Below are positions 6,265 to 7,308 of a stretch of 7,308 bases of DNA, piece by piece. The stretch's first letter is position 1. Each line of letters begins with the position of its first letter. The DNA is from a virus: IMG/VR virus record IMGVR_UViG_3300009668_000001. One strand, 5' to 3'. The notes under the pieces are model-generated. The model worked only from the letters and a program-made list of their open reading frames with translations. It was not told where the DNA came from and did no database searches. The translations under genes were made by a program, and so were the position numbers.

Positions 6265-6570
6265 ATGAAAACCGATACCCGTAACCCGCTACGTGTTCAA
6301 CTAGAAATCGCCGAAACGCTGATCGAACCCCATTCCGAATGGTCGGCTGCGGAACTGATCGAGCGTCACGGCGTCAGCCTCGCAACTCTCAATCGCTACA
6401 TCGCCGAACTGCGGCGCATGGGTGCTCGAATCCAGTCCTCTGGCGGCGGCATGAATCCCTGGCATTACCGGATGCTCAACCGTGAGCAATGCGCCAAAAC
6501 TGTTAGCCGCTGGCTACAGTTGGAAACCGCACGGGACTTAACTTTCCTGGGCAAGTACGCCGATCAATAG
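6265..6570 (+). CDS. Small winged-helix/HTH DNA-binding regulator, 101 aa
   Basis: It has a strong SD and its own promoter. WSAAELIERHGVSLATLNRYIAELRRMGARI reads as a helix-turn-helix of the HTH_11/DeoR-N-like kind. It sits in the variable slot downstream of zot. Confidence 0.7.
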   Translation: MKTDTRNPLRVQLEIAETLIEPHSEWSAAELIERHGVSLATLNRYIAELRRMGARIQSSGGGMNPWHYRMLNREQCAKTVSRWLQLETARDLTFLGKYADQ

Positions 6571-6582
6571 TCATGCAATGTT

Positions 6583-6700
6583 CCAGGCGAACTGTATCAA
6601 GCCATGATGCAGACAACCTGGATGCGCAAGTCGGCCCGCTACCAGGCGAACTGTATCAAGCCATGATGCAGACAACCTGGATGCGCAAGTCGGCCCGCTT
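6583..6700. repeat. Perfect 58-nt direct tandem duplication (period 59 nt)
   Basis: 6583..6640 and 6642..6699 are identical: ccaggcgaactgtatcaagccatgatgcagacaacctggatgcgcaagtcggcccgct. They are separated by a single a. The period is not a multiple of 3. Confidence 0.97.
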
Positions 6701-6768
6701 TCCCCCATTCTTTTCTGTAGACCGCTTTGAACGGTGGAACTACGTGCGCACGCGTAGCGCCCGGTTGA

Positions 6769-6871
6769 GCCAGCGGTCGCGTTTTGTGCGGCCGCTGGTG
6801 ATTTACCGGGGCGGCGTCCGGTCGCCCCCAGCGACCGGGCGCCGATGCGGGAGCCGCCTGCAGATCGGCGC
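6769..6871 (+). other. Cluster of three GC-rich stem-loops (candidate packaging signal / minus-strand origin)
   Basis: HP1 pairs ccagcgg (6769..6775) with ccgctgg (6791..6797). HP2 pairs ccggtcgc (6818..6825) with gcgaccgg (6831..6838) around a 5-nt loop. HP3 pairs gcgccgat (6839..6846) with atcggcgc (6864..6871). All lie in the apparently non-coding 6571..7120 region. Confidence 0.4.
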
Positions 6872-6896
6872 GGGCGCCGGCGGCGGAGCCGCGAAA

Positions 6897-6924
6897 TCTG
6901 CCTGCCTACAATGTCTGCCTGCCT
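6897..6924 (+). repeat. Two 11-nt direct repeats tctgcctgcct (iteron-like)
   Basis: Copies are at 6897..6907 and 6914..6924, separated by acaatg and followed by ggggttttt. Confidence 0.6.
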
Positions 6925-7120
6925 GGGGTTTTTCGTTCTTCTCGATCTGCTTTCGTGAGCAATCATCCCATCCCACTTCGAGCGCCAGCAGTCCCGGTTT
7001 AACCTACGGCCGAATCAACAATACGCCTTTGCTTTTGCTGCCCTGGCTGCACAAGATTTCCCGGCTTCACCGGATGCCCTGCCCGGTCAGGGCTTCTGCG
7101 GTCCGTGCTTGCCAGACTCG

Positions 7121-7308
7121 CTACGGGTTCATGATTTGTTGCAATCGTTCATCACGATTTGATACGTATGGTTTATCATAATCGCCAATTATACGTACCC
7201 GCACGGCATAGAAAAAAGCCGCGCTAGCGGCGATCAGACCACCAAGCAGCCCTGGCCCGGTGTCGTAATTCCCGGAAGAAAACCACGCCAGCGTGCTCGC
7301 TATCAGGG
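7121..7308 (-). CDS. 3' part of the same repressor gene (second copy of the redundant segment plus a unique 21-codon tail; stop TAG at 7121..7123)
   Basis: Continuing the minus-strand frame from position 1 into 7185 gives ...RVRIIGDYDKPYVSNRDERLQQIMNP followed by a stop. The full ORF is 152 codons, joined as complement(7124..7185,1..394). Confidence 0.7.
   Translation of the reverse strand, partial: LIASTLAWFSSGNYDTGPGLLGGLIAASAAFFYAVRVRIIGDYDKPYVSNRDERLQQIMNP
7171..7199 (-). other. dif-like XerC/XerD recombination site (candidate attP)
   Basis: The minus strand reads GGTACGTATAA-TTGGCGA-TTATGATAAAC. E. coli dif is GGTGCGCATAA-TGTATA-TTATGTTAAAT. The match is 9/11 in each arm, with a 7-nt rather than 6-nt central region. 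The site sits in one of only two AT-rich patches of the genome. Bases 7186..7199 recur at window positions 1..14. Confidence 0.45.
7186..7308. repeat. Terminal redundancy, copy 2 (identical to 1..123)
   Basis: Same comparison as copy 1. This is consistent with a circular molecule or assembly overlap, or with reading into a second tandem copy. Confidence 0.97.

Larger units (their letters stand above)
1..7185 (+). mobile_element. Complete unit-length genome of a filamentous (Inovirus-like) phage, either replicative form or circular contig
   Basis: Bases 7186..7308 repeat bases 1..123 exactly, so the unit length is 7185 bp. The gene content is the canonical inovirus set in canonical order: RCR Rep, small coat proteins, pVIII-like major coat, pIII-like, pVI-like and Zot/pI. 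A divergent repressor is also present. All genes but one are on the same strand. Confidence 0.85.

Noticed and set aside
6617-6640. GGATGCGCAAG inside each tandem repeat unit as a second dif-like XerC arm
   Set aside because: It matches GGTGCGCATAA at only about 7 of 11 positions, and nothing resembling the XerD arm TTATGTTAAAT follows at a 6-8 nt spacing.
6197-7165. 9-nt inverted repeat GTATCAAAT (6197..6205 and the reverse complement of 7157..7165) flanking the regulator and intergenic module, plus GTATCAA in each tandem unit
   Set aside because: On the order of a hundred 9-mer inverted matches are expected by chance among all position pairs in 7 kb. There are no extended flanking matches or target-site duplications to suggest an inserted element.
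6573-7181. 202-aa plus-strand ORF and the overlapping 131-aa minus-strand ORF (6571..6966) covering the region after the regulator gene
   Set aside because: The plus ORF reads the two identical 58-nt repeat copies in different frames because the period is 59. Both translations are Arg/Ala/Gly/Pro-rich and low in complexity, as is typical of random frames in GC-rich DNA. Neither has an SD. The plus ORF would also overlap the repressor tail antisense. I treat 6571..7120 as non-coding, but a homology search should confirm this.
1-7308. Identity with Xanthomonas Cf1c/XacF1-type phages (similar genome size and GC content), and presence of tRNA, rRNA, CRISPR, integrase, secretin or toxin genes
   Set aside because: The 15-nt dif core I recall being reported for that group (TATACATTATGCGAA) is absent on both strands, and the gene order differs. 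I found no cloverleaf-like or rRNA-like sequence, no spacer-repeat array, and no ORF with recombinase, secretin or toxin hallmarks. The host genus cannot be assigned from the sequence alone.

Overview
The window is one complete unit (7185 bp) of a circular, GC-rich filamentous-phage (Inovirus-like) genome, plus an exact 123-nt terminal redundancy (1..123 = 7186..7308). Eleven plus-strand ORFs form a tightly coupled operon in which most junctions are ATGA or TAATG stop/start overlaps. In order they are: a gene V-like ssDNA-binding candidate, an unknown ORF, a gene II/X-family rolling-circle Rep with a possible nested gene X, two small membrane proteins, a textbook pVIII-type major coat protein, an unknown ORF, a 520-aa Cys-rich, poly-Thr pIII-like adsorption protein, a pVI-like membrane protein and a Zot/pI-type assembly NTPase. 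A separately promoted HTH regulator follows in the slot downstream of zot. One minus-strand gene spans the circular junction and encodes an Xre-type HTH repressor fused to two predicted transmembrane helices. It is transcribed divergently from the structural operon across a 135-nt control region that contains a palindrome. About 550 nt (6571..7120) looks non-coding and carries a perfect 58-nt tandem duplication (period 59), three GC-rich hairpins and short iterons, so it is the likely origin/packaging region. There is no secretin and no integrase. However, a dif-like XerC/XerD site (9/11 and 9/11 matches to the E. coli dif arms, 7-nt spacer) lies in the AT-rich 3' tail of the repressor gene, exactly at the redundancy boundary. 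No tRNA, rRNA or CRISPR was seen. All functional calls rest on reading the translations, motifs and synteny by eye; no database search was possible.
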